Under the pieces are notes generated by a model. The model ran no database searches. It saw only the letters and a list, made by a program, of their open reading frames with translations, and was not told the DNA's origin. The position numbers were made by a program, and so were the translations under genes. Shown here piece after piece: positions 1 to 9,873 of a stretch of 34,997 bases of DNA (its first letter is position 1; the number at the start of each line of letters is the position of its first letter). This DNA is from Candidatus Iainarchaeum sp. (GTDB taxonomy: Archaea; Iainarchaeota; Iainarchaeia; Iainarchaeales; JAAZKV01), in contig JAQVQA010000005.1 of the NCBI GenBank assembly GCA_028701835.1, positions 1-34,997 on the forward strand, in the 5' to 3' direction.

Positions 1-192
1 AACGAGTAACTAATTTTCCTTACTCCAAAAAAAACTTCAATTTAATGAAATCCTTTCTTCTCAAGGTCTTAAACTTAAATTATTCTCATTTGAGAGAATT
101 TATAAATAATTCTTTTTTAAATAAAAAAATAATCTTTTGTGAAATTAACTTTTTTTTAATCTTCACAAAACCAAATTTTTTAATTAATGAAT

Positions 193-1578
<1,386 letters not shown>

Positions 1579-1621
1579 CTAAAATCCTTTTCATTATAAC
1601 ACTAATTCGAAGAGACTTTAT

Positions 1622-4243
1622 TCAAATCTCTCCCGATTCTTTTAATTTTTTTAACTCTTCTTTCACATCAACACCCATTCCAGATTTTGTGTTCATTGGG
1701 AATATCCCATCTTCACCATATTGGTATTGAACTAACATGTTTGATGCTGTTCTTACAGTGCCATCTGGTGAAGCTACTAAGTCTTTTAATGCATTTGCAA
1801 GTCTCCTATACAAATACCCTGATACTTTTGTTGATACACCTGTGTCCACTTCTCCTTGTCTTCCACCCATTGCGTGGTAGAAGTACTCTTTAGCATTCAT
1901 TCCCTCAAGGAAATTATTTCTAATAAATCCCCCTGCAAGTAATCCAACATCTCCTTTTTCATTTGAAGTAATTAATCTATTATAATAACCTTTTTTTGGT
2001 CTTCCTTCACGTACAGAAGCTTGTCCCCAAAATCCAGCAATATTCATTAGATTTAATGAACTTCCTCTTGACTTTGCCAAAATCATTGAAATTGTGTTTA
2101 GAGTCATTTTTTCGCTTGTTACATAGTGTAGTTTTTCTTTCATAATTGCTTTCTCTACTTTTGCTTTTGCTTCATAACCTACTCTGACCATGTATTGTTC
2201 AAACGATTCATCAACAGTTTTTCCAGGAATTATTTCAAGTTTTCCTCTATGGTATGACTCAACTAGAGCCTCTGCTTTTTTAAGTGCCTCATCAATCGCT
2301 TTTGTTTTTAGACTCTCAATGTCTTTACTAACTTCATATTCAGCTAGTGAAGCTGTCATTCCTTGGTTTGTTAGAATGAATGAAGTTATTCTGTTAACTC
2401 CTTTATAAAATTCTTCTATTACTGTGCTTGGATATTCCCTTGCAATAGCATCAACTATTTTTCCTCGTCCTTCACTTAGTGCATTTGAATCAATTACTCC
2501 ACTAACTAGTTTCCCGTCAACTATTTTTACTTTACTCATTATTTCATCAACTATTTTAGAGTCTTGAGGAGTGTACCCTGCATCGTTAAATACTTTGCTT
2601 GTAAATGATTCAAATTCAAGGTTTAATCCTTTTGGAAGTATTTGAGAGAATATTATTCTTCCTGAATACTTTTTTCCTCTATCAGGTTTTGGGAGTTCAC
2701 TTAACCCTATTGAATACAGTAATTGCATTGCCTCTTCTTTAGTGAATTCTGTTTGAGGCATTGTTAATGCAAAGCACCCAGATACCCCATCTTCCTTTGG
2801 TGCTATTAGTGGCGCACCATACCTAGGAGATATTATTTGGTCTCTTGAGAGCATTAATAATCTAGCCTCTGCTTTTCCTTCTTCTGTTTGAGGAACGTGA
2901 CAATTCATTTCATCCCCATCAAAGTCCGCATTGTATGGAGAACAAACAATTGGATTCATCCTAAATACTTTTCCAGGCATTATTCTTGCAGTGTGAGCCA
3001 TCATTGATAATCTGTGCAAAGAGGGTTGTCTATTGAATAACACAATATCCCCATCTTGTAAGTTTCTCTCTACTCTATAACCAACATCTAGTTCTTTTGC
3101 AATTTCTTCTTTGTTTTCTGCACTAACTTTTCTTCTTGAACCATTTGGTCTAATCACATAAACTGGTTTATCACTCTTTTCAATCATTTTTTTCATTGTT
3201 TCAAGATTCCATTCTGTAACAAACTCTGGAACAGTTAGTTCTTCAGCAGCTTCAAGAGGTACTCCAAGTTCTGAAATATCAATATAGGGATCTGGAACAA
3301 TTGTTGATCTTGCAGCGTGATTTACTCTCTTTCCAGTCAAGTTGTACCTAAATCTTCCTTTCTTTCCTTTCAATCTTTGAATAATTGTTCTAAGTGGTCT
3401 TCCACTTCTGTGCTTTGCTGGAGGAACTCCTGCAGTATTATTATCAAAATAAGTTGTTACGTGATATTGTAACAAGTCCCACAAGTCTTCAATAATTAAT
3501 TGTGGAGCACCCGCTTCAATATTATCTTTCAATCTATTATCTATTCTAATAATATCAACTAATTTGTGAGTCAAGTCATCCTCTGATTTTATTCCATTAT
3601 CTAGAGTAATACTTGGTCTTATTGTAATTGGAGGAACTTGTAATACTGTTATTACAAACCACTCTGGCCTTATTCTTTGAGTATCATAACCCATTAATTT
3701 TAAGTGTTCTTCTGGAATCTTTTCCATCCATTCTCTTATTTGAGTTGGGTAAATTCTTTCTTTGTTATAAAAAAAGTTTGTTGGTTTATCAAGCACTGTT
3801 TTTGATACAACTGCATTACAGTGAGGACATTTTTTTGCACTCTTTGCTTTCAACAAAATTCTTTTAGTGTAATCAACTAATTTTCCTTTTGAAGCTTCTT
3901 GCAATTTTCTTATTTGATCATCATTCAAAACTAATTTTCCACAATCCTTACAAGTACAATTCATTAATAATTCTAGTCTTCTTCCAAATTCTGAGTGAAT
4001 AACTGGTCTTTCAAGTTCAAGGTGTCCGAAGTGTCCTGAACAGTTTCTCATTGTTTGACCACAAGTCTTGCACTTGATTCCGGGATTTATTACTCCTAAG
4101 TGGGGGTCCATTAACCCTCCTTCCATTGGGTAGCCATCTTTGTCATAAGTCTCTGGATTTTTTATTTCTGTTGAACTCATTTTTCTTACAAGTTCTGGGT
4201 TAATGAAGTTGAAATCAACACTACCGATTTTTTTTACAATCAT
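1622..4243 (-). CDS. rpoA1: DNA-directed RNA polymerase subunit A' (Rpo1N)
   Basis: 873-aa ORF. Has the N-terminal zinc motifs CKTCGQTMRNCSGHFGH and CPHCNAV and the catalytic NADFDGDEMN motif. AAGGTG lies upstream of the ATG. Confidence 0.97.
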   Translation of the reverse strand: MIVKKIGSVDFNFINPELVRKMSSTEIKNPETYDKDGYPMEGGLMDPHLGVINPGIKCKTCGQTMRNCSGHFGHLELERPVIHSEFGRRLELLMNCTCKDCGKLVLNDDQIRKLQEASKGKLVDYTKRILLKAKSAKKCPHCNAVVSKTVLDKPTNFFYNKERIYPTQIREWMEKIPEEHLKLMGYDTQRIRPEWFVITVLQVPPITIRPSITLDNGIKSEDDLTHKLVDIIRIDNRLKDNIEAGAPQLIIEDLWDLLQYHVTTYFDNNTAGVPPAKHRSGRPLRTIIQRLKGKKGRFRYNLTGKRVNHAARSTIVPDPYIDISELGVPLEAAEELTVPEFVTEWNLETMKKMIEKSDKPVYVIRPNGSRRKVSAENKEEIAKELDVGYRVERNLQDGDIVLFNRQPSLHRLSMMAHTARIMPGKVFRMNPIVCSPYNADFDGDEMNCHVPQTEEGKAEARLLMLSRDQIISPRYGAPLIAPKEDGVSGCFALTMPQTEFTKEEAMQLLYSIGLSELPKPDRGKKYSGRIIFSQILPKGLNLEFESFTSKVFNDAGYTPQDSKIVDEIMSKVKIVDGKLVSGVIDSNALSEGRGKIVDAIAREYPSTVIEEFYKGVNRITSFILTNQGMTASLAEYEVSKDIESLKTKAIDEALKKAEALVESYHRGKLEIIPGKTVDESFEQYMVRVGYEAKAKVEKAIMKEKLHYVTSEKMTLNTISMILAKSRGSSLNLMNIAGFWGQASVREGRPKKGYYNRLITSNEKGDVGLLAGGFIRNNFLEGMNAKEYFYHAMGGRQGEVDTGVSTKVSGYLYRRLANALKDLVASPDGTVRTASNMLVQYQYGEDGIFPMNTKSGMGVDVKEELKKLKESGEI

Positions 4244-4285
4244 TTCTCAACACCTTCTCTAATTTTCGCTACCTAATTTTAATCT

Positions 4286-6109
4286 TTATACTTTATCCAC
4301 TAAATTTATTTTAGCTAGTATTCCTAAAGCCTTTAATTCATCAAGCAATAGTTTGAATCCGTATGACATTTCTACTGGATAAACTGCTGTTGTCTTGCAT
4401 AATGGACAATATTTTTTGTGCCTTATCTCGTCATTAACAGCAATTACTCCGCATTTTTCACAAACGAGTTCTACTGTCTTATCAGAGTCTTCAATTAATT
4501 TTTCGTGGAGTAGCATTGCAGCTCCGTGTCCAACTAGGGTTTCGCCTTCCATTTCTCCAAATCTTAATCCCCCTTCTTTTTCTTTTCCTTCAGTTGGTTG
4601 TCTTGTTAGTACTTGCACTGGTCCCCTTGCTCTTGCTTGTAATTTGTGCGTTACTACGTGGAAGAGTTTTTGAGTTGCAATTATTCCTTGGAATATTTCT
4701 CCTTCAATTCTCTTACCGGTTACTCCATCATAAAAGACTTCCATTCCGTCTCCTCTAAAACCATTCTCTCTAAGCATACCCTCTAATTCGTTTCTTGGAG
4801 TTGAACCAAATGGAGTTCCATCAATTATTTTTCCACTAACTGCCCCTGCTTTTCCTCCAAGCATTTCCATTAAGTGTCCCATAGTCATTCTTGATGGGAT
4901 TGAGTGGGGGTTAATTATTAAATCTGGTTTTATTCCATCAATTGTGAAAGGCATGTCTTCTTCGTTAACTATTGCAGCTACAACACCTTTTTGTCCGTGT
5001 CTTGAAGCTATCTTATCCCCAACTTGTGGGATTAGTGGAGTCCTTATTTTTACTTTCACAAGTCTGCTCCCATCTTCTCCTTCGGTCATCATTATAGTAT
5101 CAACAAAACCTGGTTTTCCTTTTCTTATTGTTAGTGAAGCGTCTCTTCTTTTTTCTTCATCTACCCCAAAGTCAGTCATGTCTTCAAAGAATCTTGGCGG
5201 AGATGTTTTTCCAATAATTGCTTCTTCTTCTCCTACAAATTGTTCTAATTGAATTATTCCATCAGGACCCAATTTTTTATAATTTTCTTCTTGAACAAAA
5301 CCCACTTTTTCTTCGGTTGGAACTTCAAACTTATCTCTTTGTCCACCAGGGTATCTTTGTTCTACTGTTTCATAATTTCTAAAATAAGATGCTCTTGCAA
5401 GTCCCCTTTCAATCGCTCCTCTATTTAGAACTATTGCATCCATTGTGTTGAATCCATAGTAAGGCATAATTGCCATTACAAAGTTTTGTGATTGTGGTCT
5501 TTTGTCAAGTTCAATTAAATCCATTGTTCTTGTTTTTACTAAATTCTTTTCTGGATAATATAGTAAGTATCCTTCAGTATCGTGTCTTATCTTGTAATTA
5601 ACTGCACCCATCCCAATAGCTTGTTTGAACATTTTTGCTCCGTGAAGTGCTTTTCCTGACATGTTGTGATTAGCATATGGAATCAAACTTGAGATTATAC
5701 TTAGAGTAACTGCTCCATCAATCTCCATGTGAGTATGTTCTTTTGTTATTCCTTCTTCGCTTTGTGCAATTAGCATGTTCTCTTCTTCTTCAGGGTCAAG
5801 GTACTCTATTACTCCTCTTTCAACTAATTGATTAAAAGATAATTTCCCTTCCTTAACTTGTTTTTTTAAATCTTCAGTGTAAGTACTCTTTCCATTCTTT
5901 AACACGATTAGTGGTCTTTGTACTCTCCCAGCATCAGTGTTCAAGTAAACTTCGTTAGTGTCTTTGTGGTAGGATACATTTGTTTGGATTGGCAACTTAT
6001 TATCTCTTCTTGCATTAATCACTGTTTCAGTCAACTCTTTTGGATCACTATGAAACCCAATTAACCTTCCATTAATATACACTTTTGCTACTTTTGATGC
6101 ATCTGCCAT
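4286..6109 (-). CDS. rpoB1: DNA-directed RNA polymerase subunit B' (C-terminal half of split subunit B)
   Basis: 607-aa ORF. Contains GDKIASRHGQKGV, PFTIDGIKPDLIINPHSIPSRMT and the C-terminal Zn ribbon CEKCG...CPLCK. GGTGGG lies upstream of the ATG. Confidence 0.97.
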   Translation of the reverse strand: MADASKVAKVYINGRLIGFHSDPKELTETVINARRDNKLPIQTNVSYHKDTNEVYLNTDAGRVQRPLIVLKNGKSTYTEDLKKQVKEGKLSFNQLVERGVIEYLDPEEEENMLIAQSEEGITKEHTHMEIDGAVTLSIISSLIPYANHNMSGKALHGAKMFKQAIGMGAVNYKIRHDTEGYLLYYPEKNLVKTRTMDLIELDKRPQSQNFVMAIMPYYGFNTMDAIVLNRGAIERGLARASYFRNYETVEQRYPGGQRDKFEVPTEEKVGFVQEENYKKLGPDGIIQLEQFVGEEEAIIGKTSPPRFFEDMTDFGVDEEKRRDASLTIRKGKPGFVDTIMMTEGEDGSRLVKVKIRTPLIPQVGDKIASRHGQKGVVAAIVNEEDMPFTIDGIKPDLIINPHSIPSRMTMGHLMEMLGGKAGAVSGKIIDGTPFGSTPRNELEGMLRENGFRGDGMEVFYDGVTGKRIEGEIFQGIIATQKLFHVVTHKLQARARGPVQVLTRQPTEGKEKEGGLRFGEMEGETLVGHGAAMLLHEKLIEDSDKTVELVCEKCGVIAVNDEIRHKKYCPLCKTTAVYPVEMSYGFKLLLDELKALGILAKINLVDKV

Positions 6110-6161
6110 TTTTTCCCACCAACCATTTAATTTATTCTAAAAAAATTAAAACGCTTTAAAT

Positions 6162-7625
6162 TTAAAGCTTCTTTAACTTTACTCCTTCCTTGTGCAAGAA
6201 GTCCTCTACTGGAGCCTCTTTTGCTTCTGTAGTTACTTCTGCCATAAAGCAAAGGTTTTTTACGAGTCCACATTGTGGTCCATCAGGAGTCTCAATTGGA
6301 TCAAGTCTACCCCAGTGAGTTCCGTGAACATCACGAGCTTCGTACAATTCTCTTGTTTTTGCTAATTGTGATTTTACTTTTCGTAAATCAGTGAGTGGAG
6401 CTAAGTAATTTACTCTATCCATAAACTTTGCTACACCAGTACTTCTTCCAATCCAATTCCCTGTACTCATAGCAAATTTTATTCTCTCACTAACAGCTCC
6501 AGGTCTTACAACTGTGGAAATATTTAATTTTCTTCTTCTAGTAACAGTCCTATCAATTTGGAATCTTAAGTCTTTTACAAAGTACTTAAAAGAGTACCTA
6601 AACAAGTGCTCCATTAGTTTTCCAGAGAGTTCAAGTCTCTTGTTTGAATAGTGATCCTTATCATCTTTTCCACGTAAACCATAAGCTCTTTCAATTGCTT
6701 TAGTTGACATCATTGCTAAGTAATATGCTTTTGCGAGTCTAGCTGGTTCATCTTGCCCGATGTGAGGTAATAAGAATCCATCAATTACTTCCCTTGCTCT
6801 CCTTAACCTATAATCAATTACTTGTCCAGGTGCAACATATTTTCCAATTTTATCAAGTGCTTCTTCTTCAGTACTAATATCACACTCTTCCCAATTTAAT
6901 AGTAAATCATTGTGAATTTCTTTTTCTTCTGGGAAAGCATCGAAAACTTCTTTCTTTGTTTTTAACCCAAGTGCTTTGAATAAAGATACTAAAGGTAATT
7001 TTCTTGGACTTGTTGGAAAAGAAACGTATAGTAATCCTTCAGGACTCCTTAGTATTCTTACTCTTCCCTTAAAAGCTCCTCTTGTTGAAATAACTTCAGA
7101 CACAACTCCTTTCTCTCCTTGAGAAATTAATACTCTATCAGATGCTAACACTTCTTGAGTCATTAAAGCTTTTTCACTACCGTTAATGATAAAATAACCC
7201 CCAAAGTCTTTTGGGTCCTCACCCAATTCAATTAATTCTTCAGGACTCTTTTGGTTCAACCAACACAAATTAGATTTAACCATTATTGGTAAATCCCCAA
7301 TAAATGTTCTTCTAGCATCTTGTTCAACATCTCTTCTAAATAACCGCATAGTTAAATAAAGTGGACCCGCATAACTCCTATTCCTTAGTCTTGCTTCCAT
7401 TGGAGAGAATTCTTCATGAGGAGAACCATCTGCTTCCATTATCCTTGGTTTCTCAACTTCAATATTAGATAATTCTATTCTAACTTCCTCGATTTTTGGA
7501 ACAATTAGAGCATTCTCTGCAACTATGTCATTTAATTTTTGGTCAATGAATTGGTTGAATGAATCAATTTCCATTTGTGCTACATTCTTGTTTCTTAAAT
7601 AAGAATCAATTAGTTCCCATGACAT
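6162..7625 (-). CDS. rpoB2: DNA-directed RNA polymerase subunit B'' (N-terminal half of split subunit B)
   Basis: 487-aa ORF. Contains GYFIINGSEKAL and HGTHWGRLDPIETPDGPQCGLVKNL, typical of the Rpo2 N-terminal part. It lies immediately upstream of B'. Confidence 0.95.
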   Translation of the reverse strand: MSWELIDSYLRNKNVAQMEIDSFNQFIDQKLNDIVAENALIVPKIEEVRIELSNIEVEKPRIMEADGSPHEEFSPMEARLRNRSYAGPLYLTMRLFRRDVEQDARRTFIGDLPIMVKSNLCWLNQKSPEELIELGEDPKDFGGYFIINGSEKALMTQEVLASDRVLISQGEKGVVSEVISTRGAFKGRVRILRSPEGLLYVSFPTSPRKLPLVSLFKALGLKTKKEVFDAFPEEKEIHNDLLLNWEECDISTEEEALDKIGKYVAPGQVIDYRLRRAREVIDGFLLPHIGQDEPARLAKAYYLAMMSTKAIERAYGLRGKDDKDHYSNKRLELSGKLMEHLFRYSFKYFVKDLRFQIDRTVTRRRKLNISTVVRPGAVSERIKFAMSTGNWIGRSTGVAKFMDRVNYLAPLTDLRKVKSQLAKTRELYEARDVHGTHWGRLDPIETPDGPQCGLVKNLCFMAEVTTEAKEAPVEDFLHKEGVKLKKL

Positions 7626-7742
7626 AATACTCTACCCCGCTTTACTCCAAAACTTTTTTTGACTCACGCCAAAAAACTAAATTTAATTTAGTTTTGATTT
7701 TATTCAAATCCTGATTTATCTAAATTACTTTTTACAATTTTT

Positions 7743-7979
7743 TTAAACTACTCTTCTGTAATAAACGCTCTGACCAGCAGTCAAAGAATCTCTAATTATT
7801 TTTACTACATCACCCTTTTCTGCACCAAGTAGTTTTAACGCAGCATCATCCTTGTAAATTCTTGGTAAATCTTCTTTTTTTATCCCAAGTTCCGCCATTA
7901 ACTCCGAAACCTTGTCTTTTTTTATTAAAACGTGCTCTGGCACTAAATAGTGTTTTTGTTTTTCTAAAGTTTCAGCCAA
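7743..7979 (-). CDS. rpoH: DNA-directed RNA polymerase subunit H (Rpo5)
   Basis: 78-aa ORF. Contains HYLVPEHVLI...LPRIYKDD...GAEKGDVVKIIRDSLTAGQSVYYRRVV, which matches the archaeal RpoH pattern. It is first in the rpo operon. The only start upstream of the conserved HxLVPxH is a TTG, preceded by GGTGA. Confidence 0.85.
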   Translation of the reverse strand: MAETLEKQKHYLVPEHVLIKKDKVSELMAELGIKKEDLPRIYKDDAALKLLGAEKGDVVKIIRDSLTAGQSVYYRRVV

Positions 7980-8133
7980 AATATCACCAGAAATATTTTA
8001 TTTACTTGGAAAAATAGCAGTCAAATTACTCAAGGAAAATAAAAATCCAAAAAATAACCTAAAAGCACCACCAAGCTTGCGCGAAATTAACCACGCTAAT
8101 TATAGAAATACAGGATTAGAAAGCTTTAAAAGC

Positions 8134-8174
8134 GTTGAGGGTAAGGAAAGATTTTGAAGATACTATCCCTCAAC
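8134..8174. other. 8-bp inverted repeat (GTTGAGGG...CCCTCAAC) with a 25-nt loop, flanked by T/A runs. Possible terminator hairpin downstream of the 8195..9622 gene.
   Basis: Read directly from the sequence. On the minus strand short T runs (CTTTTT, GCTTTT) flank the hairpin. On the plus strand it is followed by T8, but no plus-strand gene precedes it. Confidence 0.3.
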
Positions 8175-8194
8175 CAAAAAGTCGTTTTTTTTAA

Positions 8195-9622
8195 TTAAAT
8201 TTCTTCATATTCTTCTTTTGGAGTATTGAATAGTAAATTCATTATTATTAATACTATGATTAAGAATACTATTATCCCGCCTATTAGGGTTGAATCAATA
8301 TCTTGGAATAAATTGTTTTTGATTAAGTTTAAATGATTTTTTTCTTCACAATTTACACAATTTTTTGTCGTTTCTTTAATGCTTGAGTTTATTGTTACCT
8401 CTTTTTCAAGTCCGTCCAAATTCAACAAATTTATTTCGTGAATTGTTGATTGTGAGTTGCAATCTAACTGGTTTTTATCTAACTCAATTTTTTTTTGAGT
8501 TAGTTCTCCAAAAGCACTTATATTTAATTTCATTTCGTGCGAGCATTTTATTGCAATTAATAAACTATTCTTGTCTTTTTGATTTACTATTACTTCTATT
8601 ATTGAATTAAAATCGGGTGAACTTTCTTGTACCCCTATTCGCATTGCTTTGCAATTAATGTTGTTGTCACTAATGCATTTCCAATTAGTGATTGAACCAA
8701 TTGTTTCTCCCAAAACAGGGTTTGTTATTGAGGGAGTACTATTCTTGCACAAGTCTCCATTTCCAGGAAACTCTTCTCCTAAAAAATAGTCTTTGTTTGC
8801 ACTTCCGCAAGAAACTTCTCCTTCTTTTAGTACACACTCTCCCCTAAAAATAACATAACCTTCATTACAATTCCACTCGCATTTTCTAGTAGTATTTGTT
8901 TTTGTTAGTACGCTTGCAGTATTATAATCTAGTCCCTTTTCATCGTCTTCAAACATAGTTGCATTCTCAAATACTCCTATACAAGAATATGTTTTTAAAA
9001 CGCATTTCCTAACACCATTAACTAAATCTATTTGGTAGTTTTCTTTACAATAATACTCGCATTTTCTATTAGTATTTGTTTCAACTAATTCTTTTAGTGT
9101 GTTAGAATCAAGTTTCATATCATCATTATAGTAAATTAAAGCGTTTTCAAAATCGTTTCCAGCACAAGCAAAGGGGAGACATTCATTAGCATTAACTCCA
9201 CCCAAATAGTGAAATTCGTTACAATACCATTGGCATTTTCTTATCTCTGAGCAACTATTCTTAGAGTTAACTAGAATATTTGTTATTCCTTTTTGAGGTA
9301 AGTTAGTATTATCATCAGGACAAATAGTTGCATTATTTGGAGTAGGTCCTTCACAAGTTAGTTCTGATAAATTTAAGCATTTTCCTTCATTTAAGTAATA
9401 ACCATTTTTGCAGTACCACTCGCATTTTTTTTGATTATTACAATCCAAATAAGAGTCAATTAAGTTAATTGAATAATTTTGATCAAGATTAGTGTTACTA
9501 TCTTTGCACATTAACGAGTTTGAATCAATCACCCCAATGCATTCAAATGAATAAACTGAAGTTAAAAAGAAAATAAGTAATATTATTAGATAAAATAATT
9601 TATTCACACTAACTCCCCACAT
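8195..9622 (-). CDS. Type I membrane-anchored, secreted cysteine-repeat protein. It has four copies of a roughly 60-aa Cys module, then a CGSA-type domain, then a C-terminal TM helix.
   Basis: 475-aa ORF with ATG start. N-terminal hydrophobic signal is LFYLIILLIFFLTSVYS. Repeated pattern is C-x(35-40)-(R)KCE[WY]xCxxGY-x(7-12)-C. C-terminal TM segment is LIGGIIVFLIIVLIIMNLLF. It is a paralogue of the next gene. Confidence 0.8.
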   Translation of the reverse strand: MWGVSVNKLFYLIILLIFFLTSVYSFECIGVIDSNSLMCKDSNTNLDQNYSINLIDSYLDCNNQKKCEWYCKNGYYLNEGKCLNLSELTCEGPTPNNATICPDDNTNLPQKGITNILVNSKNSCSEIRKCQWYCNEFHYLGGVNANECLPFACAGNDFENALIYYNDDMKLDSNTLKELVETNTNRKCEYYCKENYQIDLVNGVRKCVLKTYSCIGVFENATMFEDDEKGLDYNTASVLTKTNTTRKCEWNCNEGYVIFRGECVLKEGEVSCGSANKDYFLGEEFPGNGDLCKNSTPSITNPVLGETIGSITNWKCISDNNINCKAMRIGVQESSPDFNSIIEVIVNQKDKNSLLIAIKCSHEMKLNISAFGELTQKKIELDKNQLDCNSQSTIHEINLLNLDGLEKEVTINSSIKETTKNCVNCEEKNHLNLIKNNLFQDIDSTLIGGIIVFLIIVLIIMNLLFNTPKEEYEEI

Positions 9623-9642
9623 AATTTAAAATAATTCAAATG

Positions 9643-9705
9643 AATTTAAATTAATAATAAAATCACCTAATTTAAATTAATAACAAAACCATTTTAATTT
9701 AAATT
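9643..9705. repeat. Three copies of the palindromic decamer AATTTAAATT, spaced 26-27 nt apart. Two copies extend to the 15-mer AATTTAAATTAATAA.
   Basis: Copies at 9643, 9669 and 9696. They lie 21-85 nt upstream of the start of the minus-strand gene 8195..9622. Further short direct repeats (ATTAATTTAATCA at 9741 and 9781) occur in the same intergenic region. Confidence 0.7.
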
Positions 9706-9873
9706 TAAAACTACTACCCTAACGCAAAATTTGTAACTATATTAATTTAATCATAAAATAGCTACATTAATTAATTATACATTAATTTAATCAAAAAATT
9801 ATTTTAACTAAAATAATATTTATTCAATTGAATAAAATCTTTTTTTAAAAAATCAATGAATTTAATTTTTTTT

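Noticed and set aside
8041-8133. Slightly GC-richer patch (GCACCACCAAGCTTGCGCGAAATTAACCACGC) upstream of rpoH, considered as a possible small RNA or C/D-box sRNA
   Set aside because: There are no C (RUGAUGA) or D (CUGA) boxes on either strand and no convincing stable fold. It is more likely promoter or leader sequence of the rpo operon.
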